Source: an uncultured bacterium (GTDB lineage: Bacteria > UBP15 > UBA6099). Taken from it: a DNA stretch of 64,000 nucleotides. A program made the position numbers and the translations under genes. Below, in pieces: positions 8,672 to 18,099 of this stretch. Location of the stretch: contig CAYPEK010000008.1 of assembly GCA_964409645.1 (NCBI GenBank), positions 2,355-66,354 of the forward strand, read 5' to 3'. Each line of letters begins with the position of its first letter. The stretch's first letter is position 1. Below the pieces are notes generated by a model, which was given only the letters and a program-made list of their open reading frames with translations, made no database searches and was not told the DNA's origin.

Positions 8672-11600
8672 TCAATCGCTACAGGTTTTCGTCGAGCAGC
8701 AGGCGGGAATGGGCGCTTTGCTCGAACAGAGCACCGCGCTGCTGACGTCGTAAACGCTGTCGATTTTGGAACCGTAGGAATCCTTCATGGCAAGTATGTC
8801 CGTCAGGTTGATGGTGCCGTCGTTATTGAAGTCCGCCCAAGCGCGGTAGCATGTTTCGCCGGATTTCGCGCCGTAGGCGTTTTTGATCGCCATAATGTCC
8901 TGAAGGTTGACTGAGCTGTCGCAGTTCGGGTTACCTGCGTCGCCGCCGCCGTTTCCTGAGGCACCCGGCAGATCGAGCACGTTCACAGTGATTGAATTGG
9001 CGGTGGACGGAAGGGTGACTGCCTTTTTGAGAGTAACGTAGCAGTAATCGGTCGTTTTGGATGTGCAAGCGACCGGACTCGAACTCACCGGCATTCTGAG
9101 TCTCACAGTGTAAGTGACGCTCGAAGCTCCGATGGGCGCTTTCATGTCCGGTGGTTTGCCGACGTTGTCGGTACTGACTGTCGAAATAACCGTGTCTGGT
9201 GAAGATGTCTGAACCAACTCGATCCTTGTGTCGGTAAGAGCGGTGTATGTATAAGTTGCTTTGGTCTTCATGCAGTCGGTAGTCGAAGCGCATTGCGGAT
9301 CGGCAATCGAGTAGTATCTGATTTCGCCGTTCGTGCCTTTCCCATTCACTTTGACGGTGTTCGGACAGTCGGTGCAGGTGTTCGGTTTGATGTGAATTTT
9401 GCCGCCGGTGGATGAGGGCAGGGTGGAAACTGTTTTAGCCGATTCGCCGGATGTGGCGTTCGCATACGAAACCCACACGTAATAATCGCTTTCGTTGATC
9501 GAAAGGGACGCGAGGTCCGTTCCTGTTTTTATATAGTCCGTGCCGGCCTGCTGTATGACGGATGTGTTGATTTTTTTGAACGTGTCGGTGCATGAAGCTT
9601 CGACGTTGTATTTACAGAGGTAGAGATTGTAGCCTTCGCCGGAGTCATACGCGCTGTCGTCATCGGCCGATGCTACCCAGTTGACTTTCAGGCCGTACTG
9701 GGAGTCGTATTCGTAGGCGGAGACGGCGCCGGGGGATTTGAGTGTCGGCCCTTCCGAACAGGTGAAGCAGTTGGCGAGGTCGGACGCGTTGTATTTATCG
9801 CTGATGTTTCCGGCGAGGTCTTTTGCGGTTATGCAGTAAGAATATTTTTTGGACGAAGTGGTTTCCACTTGGTCCGTGTATTCGGTGTCGATGAGCTCGG
9901 CTGCGTCGTCGAGCAATTCGAAATCGGATGCGGAATCACACTGCGACATGTCGCCCTCGCATCTGTAAACCGAATACGAAATTGTGTCTTTGTCGCTGAC
10001 GGCTGCCCATTTCACGATGTTTCCGCCCTCTTCGGAGCTATAGAAGGAGTTCTCCGTGTCCGCGACCGGTTTCGCTGGCGGCAGAGTGTCCGCCGGGACG
10101 CACTCGACCGGGTCGGGCGTGTCAGGATCGCGGGAGACATTGCCGGCGGCGTCGTATCCGTAAACGCGGTAGCAATATATGGTGCTGTTTGTCAAACTTG
10201 TGTCCGTATAATTAGGAGTTGTCATAGCGTTAAGAGTTGCAACGGGCGTTCCGCCGTCTTTGGGCGAAGTGATTGTCGTTTTCGAGCAGTCGTTGTTAAC
10301 AGCGGGGGCGCGCATGACGTAGTATCCCGATAATTTGAACGGGTCGGGATTGTTGCAGTCGGCGAAAGTTCCTTCGCTATCTTCTCCCGTGCAGATTTTG
10401 TTCCATTCGAGCTTGCACTTGTTGCCTTCAACCGGCGGGGTTGTCTTGATCTCTTTGCCGTCGGACTGGTTTTCGGGCCATCTGGGCGCAAGCGTGTCTG
10501 TGGGGATCATTATCGGGCCGCATTTCAGGTATGTGGTCATAGTGTCGAAATTGCTGCAATTCGGTGAGGTTTTTCCCGGGCACGTGCCGACAGTTGTGCA
10601 GTTGTCGCATGCCTCGACGTAGAGGCACCAAATGTCGCCTTCGTTTTTGAAGCCGGATGTGACAGAGCAGGAGAGAGTTTCCGGCGTGCTTGGGTCGTTC
10701 TTCGTGCAGAGGACGGCGTATCCGTTGGTTGTTGCTGTTTCTTCTTTTGTATCGCAGGAGCCGGGTTTCGCGAGATCGTCGAAACAGCCGTAGAGATTGT
10801 ACGTTGCGGCGTCGATGTCGGAGACAGGTTGCCAAGTAGCATTTATACCGAGTTGGGTCATGTTGTAAGTAATGCTGAGAGTGTCGGGTTTGGAGGGCGA
10901 CTTGAGGTCCTGTGGCGTGCAGGATACGGTCGTCCAGCCCGATTCGTTGTTGCCGACATCGATGGCCTGAATCGAGTAGGAATAAGAGAAGCCGTTTGTG
11001 AGCGCGCTGTCGTTGTCGGTGAACTGTTCTCCGAGAATTATGGCGCCGTTGAGCTGTGAGTTGTCGCGCTTGATGTTGTAACCGTAGAGGCTGGGGTCGG
11101 ACGTGTCCGGAGACCAAGTGCAGAAGCATTTGCTTTCGCTGCCGTCGGGTGTGGAACAGGATGCGCCCGTCGGCGCGGCGGGCGGCATCCAGTCTTCCAC
11201 ACGGCACGGAGCCGTGGTTGCTGACCAGTCTTTCTGAGCGGTTTCGAGGCCGGTTTTGCCGACGCTCGAAAAGAAGAAGTAATGTTTGCTTCCGTCCAGC
11301 GATGCCTGAGGAACGGTGTAAGTGACGGAGTTCGAACTTGTGAGGTTGGTTGTGATGTCGAGATCGGAAAGATATACGGCGGTTGCGGCGTTGTTGGTCG
11401 TGTTGTGATAGACCTTGTATTTCGATACTGAGCTTGCGTCCGGCGATGAGTAGATGTCGATGATGCACTGATTGTTGTCCGGGATGGCGGAGCTCTTGAC
11501 GCACTCGGGCGCATCGCCTGTGCCGTTTGCTTTGCACGTTGTGCTTTTGAACAGCGGCGCCGCAGGGACGGTTACTTCATCGACAACTTTGGCTTCTTTC

Positions 11601-12919
11601 GTATCTTTGATGAGCATGAGTCCGGACGTGAGGTCAACAAGCCAGAACGGGATGCTGCCTGTCACGTCGATCTCGCCCGTGAGTCCGACGATTTTAAGGG
11701 AGTTGGATGTACTGCCGAGAATGGTTTTGTCGCCGGTTTTTGTGGACACCGCATTTTTTGCGATGAACGTGAGCATGTGGTTGTTGGAGCCGATCTTGAG
11801 CTTGGATTCCCCTTCGTTTCCGACCACGATCTTGCATCCGAGGATATCCGATGTATTGGGATTGGAAACGCATTCGCCGTCCCAGAGGACGCTGACGAGG
11901 TTCTTATCCAGTCCGGAGGCCTCAGGAGCGTATGTGATCGCGAAGACATTCGGGAAATAGAGGTCCGCCGGGTTAGGGTCCGTGATATCCGGGTTGAAAA
12001 ACATAAGGAGATACCCTTCGATTGGTCCGCTGCTGGAAGTCGGCGCGGAACCCTTGATGCGGATGTTTGCGCAGACGACATCGTCGTTGGGAAGCGAAGC
12101 GTATCCTTTTCCGGCGCTTGCCGCGAAGCCGAGAATGTCGCTGTTCTCCGAGGAGACTAAAGACTGATTTCCGCTCGTATCCGGAACGCCGCAGGTGTCG
12201 CCCTCCGTGTCATTGATGGAGTAGTCCGCCGTCCCGGCGCAGCCCGGTGTGCCGGTATAATTTTTGGCGCACTGTTCGTACGAACTTGCCATCGAGCAAT
12301 TGTCCGAAGCGGGAGTCTGATAGACGTAACGCCACGAAGTAAGACTTGTGCAGGAAGCGGTTTCCTTGTCGGGGAGCATCGAAACGGAGTTGCCTCTGCT
12401 GTCTGACGCAACGATGTAGTATTTGATGATATCGTCTTTAACCCAAGAGGAATCGACCGGAATATCCGCCTTGAATTTGCCCGTCGATTCGTCGTACTTC
12501 ATCGAAGCCGACATCGGATTATCGACATCGGGGTCTATGTAATAATATACGACAGGATTGGCCGCGCCGGTTTTTTTGCAGGACGAGTCGGGCATTCCGG
12601 GTTGGCCGTTTTCATTCGGGATGCAGGGCGGATTGGGCGAAATATCGGTGTCGGTTTTCATGTACCATTCACTCATGGCGCAGTCGGTTCGGTCGCAGGC
12701 GGCTCCGCAACAGGCTTTCTGTTGCAGATCGCCCTCGATCGTCGCATAAACTGTGAATGTTTCGGCGCCGGCCCTGATGGCGGTGTTGGATATCCCGGAT
12801 ATTTTCGGTGTAAAGGGAATCGTGGGAATTTTAAAAACAAAATTTGGTGCAGCCGTACTTGCAGTTGAAAATACTGATAGTAAGCTGATGAATGCAAGGA
12901 AACCCAGTAGCTTTTTCAT
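8672..12919 (-). CDS. Giant Cys-rich secreted protein (1415 aa) with about 6 FN3-like domains and a C-terminal dockerin-like double Ca-binding loop
   Basis: Signal peptide, GGGAGG RBS. Repeated P-x-x-P linkers (VPAAP, MPPAAP, SPSKP, APRWP, LPPAKP, SPGAV) before W...Y.(I/V)Y(R/K)-type FN3 strands. C-terminal NPNCDSSVNLQD...DFNNDGTINLTD. Confidence 0.8.
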   Translation of the reverse strand: MKKLLGFLAFISLLSVFSTASTAAPNFVFKIPTIPFTPKISGISNTAIRAGAETFTVYATIEGDLQQKACCGAACDRTDCAMSEWYMKTDTDISPNPPCIPNENGQPGMPDSSCKKTGAANPVVYYYIDPDVDNPMSASMKYDESTGKFKADIPVDSSWVKDDIIKYYIVASDSRGNSVSMLPDKETASCTSLTSWRYVYQTPASDNCSMASSYEQCAKNYTGTPGCAGTADYSINDTEGDTCGVPDTSGNQSLVSSENSDILGFAASAGKGYASLPNDDVVCANIRIKGSAPTSSSGPIEGYLLMFFNPDITDPNPADLYFPNVFAITYAPEASGLDKNLVSVLWDGECVSNPNTSDILGCKIVVGNEGESKLKIGSNNHMLTFIAKNAVSTKTGDKTILGSTSNSLKIVGLTGEIDVTGSIPFWLVDLTSGLMLIKDTKEAKVVDEVTVPAAPLFKSTTCKANGTGDAPECVKSSAIPDNNQCIIDIYSSPDASSVSKYKVYHNTTNNAATAVYLSDLDITTNLTSSNSVTYTVPQASLDGSKHYFFFSSVGKTGLETAQKDWSATTAPCRVEDWMPPAAPTGASCSTPDGSESKCFCTWSPDTSDPSLYGYNIKRDNSQLNGAIILGEQFTDNDSALTNGFSYSYSIQAIDVGNNESGWTTVSCTPQDLKSPSKPDTLSITYNMTQLGINATWQPVSDIDAATYNLYGCFDDLAKPGSCDTKEETATTNGYAVLCTKNDPSTPETLSCSVTSGFKNEGDIWCLYVEACDNCTTVGTCPGKTSPNCSNFDTMTTYLKCGPIMIPTDTLAPRWPENQSDGKEIKTTPPVEGNKCKLEWNKICTGEDSEGTFADCNNPDPFKLSGYYVMRAPAVNNDCSKTTITSPKDGGTPVATLNAMTTPNYTDTSLTNSTIYCYRVYGYDAAGNVSRDPDTPDPVECVPADTLPPAKPVADTENSFYSSEEGGNIVKWAAVSDKDTISYSVYRCEGDMSQCDSASDFELLDDAAELIDTEYTDQVETTSSKKYSYCITAKDLAGNISDKYNASDLANCFTCSEGPTLKSPGAVSAYEYDSQYGLKVNWVASADDDSAYDSGEGYNLYLCKYNVEASCTDTFKKINTSVIQQAGTDYIKTGTDLASLSINESDYYVWVSYANATSGESAKTVSTLPSSTGGKIHIKPNTCTDCPNTVKVNGKGTNGEIRYYSIADPQCASTTDCMKTKATYTYTALTDTRIELVQTSSPDTVISTVSTDNVGKPPDMKAPIGASSVTYTVRLRMPVSSSPVACTSKTTDYCYVTLKKAVTLPSTANSITVNVLDLPGASGNGGGDAGNPNCDSSVNLQDIMAIKNAYGAKSGETCYRAWADFNNDGTINLTDILAMKDSYGSKIDSVYDVSSAVLCSSKAPIPACCSTKTCSD

Positions 12920-13076
12920 GAGTCGGCCTCCCTATTTACAGTCCCCTCAGCCTTTGCCGTCAACTTGCCGAGAGGTACCGGATTTCTGCTTTCAAGCTCC
13001 TGTTTACGAATCGGTTTTGATCGATTTGTCCGAAAAAATGATCTTTCGGTATCGGTCAAAATCAAATAAACAAAGG

Positions 13077-13092
13077 TGCAATTTTTTTGCCA
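13077..13092 (-). promoter_or_regulatory. Sigma54 (-24/-12) promoter upstream of the giant secreted protein
   Basis: Minus strand TGGC-AAAAAAA-TTGCA has the exact TGGC-N7-TTGC spacing, about 160 nt upstream of ATG 12919. Confidence 0.65.
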
Positions 13093-13287
13093 CCGCCAAA
13101 AATAATGGAAAATGGAGGTCAAATATGCTTTTAATTAAAAGCATATTTGTTTGTCGGTGACAAATGGCCAGAAGAAGAAGCGAGGAGTGTTGGTTGTTGC
13201 GTTTTTACAACAGGTGTTGCAGTTTTGTCATATCGAAAACGGGATGTCGGCAAAAGCAGAGGTTGAGATATGTTTGTAAAAAGTGTG

Positions 13288-13377
13288 ACGTGACCGCTTG
13301 CTGACGCGCGCGGCTCTGTTAAATAACATTGATTCGTTTGTTTTATCCGAGCCGCGCGCGTCAGCAAGCGGTCACGT
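13288..13377. repeat. Inverted pair of REP-like family A copies (BIME-like)
   Basis: ACGTGACCGCTTGCTGACGCGCGCGGCTC (13288-13316) and ATCCGAGCCGCGCGCGTCAGCAAGCGGTCACGT (13345-13377) share 29-bp perfectly complementary arms. Confidence 0.85.
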
Positions 13378-13519
13378 GGAAGGATGAAAGAGCAATACGA
13401 GTAGTAGGGGGGCAGGGCTTGCGACTTGCGGGTTTGGGAGGATAAAAAGTAAGGCGGAACATGTGAAACCCGCCCTGCATTTTTTCTATTGTCTATTTCT
13501 TACTGTTGTATCTCCGGCA

Positions 13520-16500
13520 TTATTCTTCGAGTTTCGGCTGTCTTCTCTCGCGCATCTTTTCTATCGGCGCTTCGACGAGCGCGTAGAGTGTCGGGATGAA
13601 GATGAGCGTCAGCGTGGTGCCGATTGTCAAACCGCCGATGACGGCTCTTCCAAGCGGCGCGTGCATCTCGGAACCGGTGCCGATGCCGGACGCCATCGGT
13701 ATGAGCGCGAGGATGGTCGCGAATGATGTCATGAGGATGGGCCGCAGTCGCAACCGTCCGGCGGTGATGACGGCGTCTTCGAGCGGGATGCCTTTTTCAC
13801 GCAACTGGTTTATGAAGTCGATCATGATGATTGCGTTTTTGACGACGATGCCGACGAGCATGATGACACCAAGGTAGGCCATCAGGCTGAGGTTAGTGTG
13901 AGTTACATATAAAGCGAGCAGAACCCCGAGCAGTCCGAACGGAACGGTGAATATAATTAGGAGCGGATGGAGCAGGGATTCGAACTGTATTGCCATGACC
14001 ATGTAAACGAGGGCGATTGCGAGGAATAGGGCGAGCAGCATGTCCGCGAATGCTTGCTTGCGTTCTGTTTCCTCGCCTGCGAACTCGACTGAGAAGCCGC
14101 GCGGGATGTCGAGCTCTCTAACGTGTTTCGTTATCTCGTCGTTGACAGTTCCGGGGGCAACATCACCTGTGTATGTGGCTGAGATGGAGACGACACGCTC
14201 CTGATCCGTGCGTTCGATCTGAACGGGGCCGACTTCTTGTTTAAGGGTGGCGAGCCCCCGGAGTGGAACGGGCGGCGCGCCTGACGACGAGATCAGAATA
14301 TTGCCTATGGAGCTCAACTGTTTTCTGTCTTCGGGGCGAAGCCGCACGCGGATGTCGAACTCGTTTCCCGCCCGGCGGAACTGAGAGGCGATTGCGCCCT
14401 CGATGCTCGTGTTGACGATGTCGCCGACCTCGCTCGGGCTGAGTCCGAGCACGCCCGCTTTTTCTCTGTCCGTGATTACATTTATCTCAGGCTTGCCGGG
14501 TGTGCGTGAGACGCGCGGGTTTGTTGCCCCAGGCACATTCGATATGATATTGGAGACTTCCTGTGCGAGCTTGTCGCCTGCGGCAAAGTCGTGTCCCCGT
14601 ATGTCGATTTCGAGACGGCTTTCGGAACCGCCGCCGAGGATGCGTTGCATTATCGAGCCACCCTCCATAACCCATAGCTTGCCGTGAGCGATGGGCATCA
14701 GCTTCTCGCGCAGGTCGTTGGCGACGTCGGTGACGCTTCTTTTTCGCTCGCCGCTGGGAGTCAGAACAATTCTTAAAGAACCAGTGTTCGAGCCACCGCC
14801 ACCGCCCATGTATCCGCCGCCGCTGCCGGCCTGTGTGTACATGTTCACCATTTCGGGCACGCTCTCGATTATGACTTTTTCGAGCCTCGCGAGCTCTTCG
14901 CGGACGACTTCGAGTTTTGTCCCGACCGGTAACTCGATGCTCACGTTGACTTGTCCTTCATCCACGCTCGGAAGATATTCCTTTCCAATGTGTGGTAAGA
15001 GAACATAGGCTCCTCCAGCAAACACGATCACTACTGAAACAATTGTCAGTAGGCGGTGCCTCAGTGTAACGGTCAGGACTCTTCCATAGAATGCATATAT
15101 GCCGCGCTCCTCTGTTGCTGCTTCTTCGTGCCTATGCACCTTGATCTTGAGCAGCCGCGAGCACAACATCGGGACCAGTGTCATCGATACCACTAGTGAC
15201 GCGAGTAGCGAGACGGTTACTGTGACCCCGAGTTCCTTAAAAAATATGCCGCTCATACCTCCGATGAACACTAGCGGCCCAAACACGCACACAGTCGTGA
15301 ATGTCGAAGAAGCGACCGCGGCGGCGACCTCGCGCGCGCCGTTTATGGCCGCCTCGAAGCGGCCTTCGCCTTCCTTGCGATGCCGGTATATGTTCTCGAG
15401 CATGACTATGGCGTCGTCAACTATCATGCCGATGCCGAGCGTGAGCCCGCCGAGAGACATTATGTTTATCGTCAGGCCGGTGAAGTACAGCACTATTATG
15501 GTGGCGATAAGCGAAAAAGGCACCGACAGCGATATGATGAACGTTGAGCGGATGTTTCGTAGAAACAGGAACAGAATGATAATGGCGATTATGCCGCCGC
15601 CGATGCCGTCGCGGCGCAGGGCACCAATCGAGTCTTTGACCATCTGCGAAGTATCCCTCATTATGCCGATCTTCGTTCCGGCCGGAAGCATGTTGGTGAT
15701 TTGTGCGATTTTTTCCCTTACCGCATCTGCAACTTTTACCGTATTTTCTCCTGACTGCTTGCGGACTTCGACTAACACTCCGTTGCGGCCCATCAGTTTG
15801 ACGTCCGACCGTTTTTCCGCGATGCCGTCGAACACATTGGCTACATCCCTGATGTAAACCGGCACACTGCCTTTGTATGCGAGTACGACTTTTTTGATGT
15901 CTTCCACGCTGGAGAACTCGCCGCGGTTGCGGACGAGGAACTCATTGTCTCCGTTCTCGACGTAGCCGCCGGGGATGTCCTGATTTTCATTTTTGATCGC
16001 GCTCGTAACAGAGCTGATCGGGATGCCAAGCGAGGCGAGTTTCGCTGCATCGACGTCAACACGTATTTCTCGCGTGTCGCCTCCAGACGAATCAACAGAT
16101 GCTACTCCGGGAATCTGCTCAAACCTGTATTGAATCTCGTCGTCAACGTAGTCTTTAAGGTCAACGGCGGCCATGCTGCCTGTCACGGTGAGTTGCATCA
16201 CCGGGATCATCGATGTGTCGAATTTGGAAATGATTGGTTCGTCGGCGTCGTCCGGGAGCTGGCGTTTAGCCTGTCCGATTTTGTCGCGGACATCGTTCGC
16301 CGCCTCGTCCATGTTCGTGCCCCACGAAAACTCGATTCGGATGCTCGAAGAGCCTTCCGAGGAGGTGGACGTCACTTTTGTTACATTGCTGATGGTGGAC
16401 GCGGCGCGTTCGAGCGGCTCGGTTATCAGGCGCTCGATCTCCTGCGGGCCCGCCCCGCTGTACGTGGTGCGCACCGAAATTACGTTGCGCTCGATGTTCG

Positions 16501-16612
16501 GCAGAAAGTCGATCTTGAGTCTCGGCAGGACTACCGCTCCGATTACCATCACCGCCAGCACGCCCATAAGCGTGGTGACGGGCCGGCGAACGCACCTTTC
16601 GTAAATGCTCAT
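13520..16612 (-). CDS. RND efflux transporter permease subunit (AcrB/AcrD/AcrF family)
   Basis: 1030 aa; GMIVDDAIVMLEN (TM4 Asp pair), GIVVKNAI (TM10 Lys) and RLRPILMTS (TM11) proton-relay motifs. Confidence 0.95.
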   Translation of the reverse strand: MSIYERCVRRPVTTLMGVLAVMVIGAVVLPRLKIDFLPNIERNVISVRTTYSGAGPQEIERLITEPLERAASTISNVTKVTSTSSEGSSSIRIEFSWGTNMDEAANDVRDKIGQAKRQLPDDADEPIISKFDTSMIPVMQLTVTGSMAAVDLKDYVDDEIQYRFEQIPGVASVDSSGGDTREIRVDVDAAKLASLGIPISSVTSAIKNENQDIPGGYVENGDNEFLVRNRGEFSSVEDIKKVVLAYKGSVPVYIRDVANVFDGIAEKRSDVKLMGRNGVLVEVRKQSGENTVKVADAVREKIAQITNMLPAGTKIGIMRDTSQMVKDSIGALRRDGIGGGIIAIIILFLFLRNIRSTFIISLSVPFSLIATIIVLYFTGLTINIMSLGGLTLGIGMIVDDAIVMLENIYRHRKEGEGRFEAAINGAREVAAAVASSTFTTVCVFGPLVFIGGMSGIFFKELGVTVTVSLLASLVVSMTLVPMLCSRLLKIKVHRHEEAATEERGIYAFYGRVLTVTLRHRLLTIVSVVIVFAGGAYVLLPHIGKEYLPSVDEGQVNVSIELPVGTKLEVVREELARLEKVIIESVPEMVNMYTQAGSGGGYMGGGGGSNTGSLRIVLTPSGERKRSVTDVANDLREKLMPIAHGKLWVMEGGSIMQRILGGGSESRLEIDIRGHDFAAGDKLAQEVSNIISNVPGATNPRVSRTPGKPEINVITDREKAGVLGLSPSEVGDIVNTSIEGAIASQFRRAGNEFDIRVRLRPEDRKQLSSIGNILISSSGAPPVPLRGLATLKQEVGPVQIERTDQERVVSISATYTGDVAPGTVNDEITKHVRELDIPRGFSVEFAGEETERKQAFADMLLALFLAIALVYMVMAIQFESLLHPLLIIFTVPFGLLGVLLALYVTHTNLSLMAYLGVIMLVGIVVKNAIIMIDFINQLREKGIPLEDAVITAGRLRLRPILMTSFATILALIPMASGIGTGSEMHAPLGRAVIGGLTIGTTLTLIFIPTLYALVEAPIEKMRERRQPKLEE

Positions 16613-17862
16613 TTCGCGCCGCCTTTCGGTTGGCGTCCCGTGCCGCCCGCCGCGCTGCCTCCGGGGCCTCTTCCGCTGCCGCCGTTGCTGCTAATACTGC
16701 CGATCGCGACTTTATCGCCCGCGCTCAGGCCGTGCGTTATCTCGATCTCCGCCGAGGTTTCGATGCCGACGCCGACATCGCGCCGCTCGGGGCCGTCTTT
16801 GCCCATCACGTTCACGTACTTGCCGCCCGATGCGGGGTCGGTGTTCAGCGCCGCCTCCGGGATCACGAGCGCCGACGGTTTGCGCGACGCGATCAGGCTC
16901 ACCCGCGCCATCATTCCCGACTTCAGCGCGCCGCCGCTGTTCGGAATAAGTATCTCCACCGCCGCCGTCCTGCTGTTCGCCGCGACGGACGGCGAGATGC
17001 GGAGCACTCTGCCCGCGAACTTGCGGTCCGGCCATGCATCGGTCGCGACATCCGCCGCCGCGCCGGTTCTGATCTTCGGGAGGTCGTCCTCGATCACGTT
17101 GACAACTACTTTCACCGCCGAGTCGTCGATTATCGTGACGATCGAAGTCGAGGGTGACACGTAAGCGCCCGCGTCGATGAAACGCTCGGCGACTATGCCT
17201 GAGAACGGCGCGAGGATTGTCGTGTCGCGCAGCTTTATTTCAATCGCTTTCAGCGCTGCCTTCGATTGCGCGAGCTGCGCTTTCGCAGCGTCTAGCGACG
17301 CCTGCATCTGTTTTTTCGTTGTCTCCGCGTCTTCGAGTTCGTTCTTTGAGATGATTCCTTTTGAATATAGCGCCTTGGCGCGTTCGTTTTCGTTGTGTGC
17401 CTGCTGGAGTTCCGCCTGCGCGCGCGCCACGGACGCCTCCGCTGAAGCGATCGACGCTTTTGACTGCTCCGCCTGCGCTTGCAGGTCGTCGTGATCGATC
17501 ACGCAGATTGGCTGTCCCTTCGTCACGCGGCTGCCGATATCGACGGATATGCTCTTCATCCACCCGGACGTCGTGCTCCGGAGATCGACGGAGTAGGCGG
17601 GCGTGACCTCGCCTACGTATTCCCGGACGAGGGTGATCGGCTTCATCTCCGCGACGGCTGTTTTCGGCGCGCTGCCGCCAGCTGGACCGAAACCGCCGCG
17701 CCCGCCGCCAGCTCCTCGGCCAGCCTGCATGCCCGCCGCCGCGCCGGGCGCTTTGCCTTCAGCGCCTGCGGCGTCTTTGCCGTCTTTTTTGGCGCAGCCG
17801 GTTATCAGAAGCGCCGCCGCCAGAAGTGCTGCGGCGGACTTGGTTGTTATGCTTTTATTCAT
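16609..17862 (-). CDS. RND periplasmic adaptor (membrane fusion protein), lipoprotein
   Basis: LITG-C lipobox; lipoyl halves (VDIGSRVTKGQPI, ILAPFSGIV) around a coiled hairpin; ATGA overlap with the permease. Confidence 0.93.
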   Translation of the reverse strand: MNKSITTKSAAALLAAALLITGCAKKDGKDAAGAEGKAPGAAAGMQAGRGAGGGRGGFGPAGGSAPKTAVAEMKPITLVREYVGEVTPAYSVDLRSTTSGWMKSISVDIGSRVTKGQPICVIDHDDLQAQAEQSKASIASAEASVARAQAELQQAHNENERAKALYSKGIISKNELEDAETTKKQMQASLDAAKAQLAQSKAALKAIEIKLRDTTILAPFSGIVAERFIDAGAYVSPSTSIVTIIDDSAVKVVVNVIEDDLPKIRTGAAADVATDAWPDRKFAGRVLRISPSVAANSRTAAVEILIPNSGGALKSGMMARVSLIASRKPSALVIPEAALNTDPASGGKYVNVMGKDGPERRDVGVGIETSAEIEITHGLSAGDKVAIGSISSNGGSGRGPGGSAAGGTGRQPKGGAK

Positions 17863-18033
17863 GATTTAATCCCTCAAGTTGCGTTAATGTCCGAAAGCCT
17901 CGTCCGGTAAACAGCCGGCTCCGGAATAGCGTTTCCGGCCGCAACGGCGACGGCCGACCCGCTGATTATATAAGTCCCCGGAAACAATTCAAACGTTACA
18001 GGATTTCTGTTTTTTTAGCGTCGTCCGAAAGCA

Positions 18034-18065
18034 AAATCGCTCCCGCCGGTAAACGGGAGCGATTT
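18034..18065. terminator. Rho-independent terminator downstream of the 18100-19320 gene
   Basis: 12-bp perfect stem AAATCGCTCCCG / CGGGAGCGATTT with an 8-nt loop. Confidence 0.75.
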
Positions 18066-18099
18066 GAAATTATCCGAATTATTTGTTAAATGCTTGTTC

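Noticed and set aside
12920-13066. c-di-GMP-I riboswitch upstream of the giant protein (AAACC... and GACGGCAAAGGC look-alikes)
   Set aside because: The P2 stem with a GNRA loop does not pair and the element order does not fit the consensus. Kept only as a generic structured-leader candidate.
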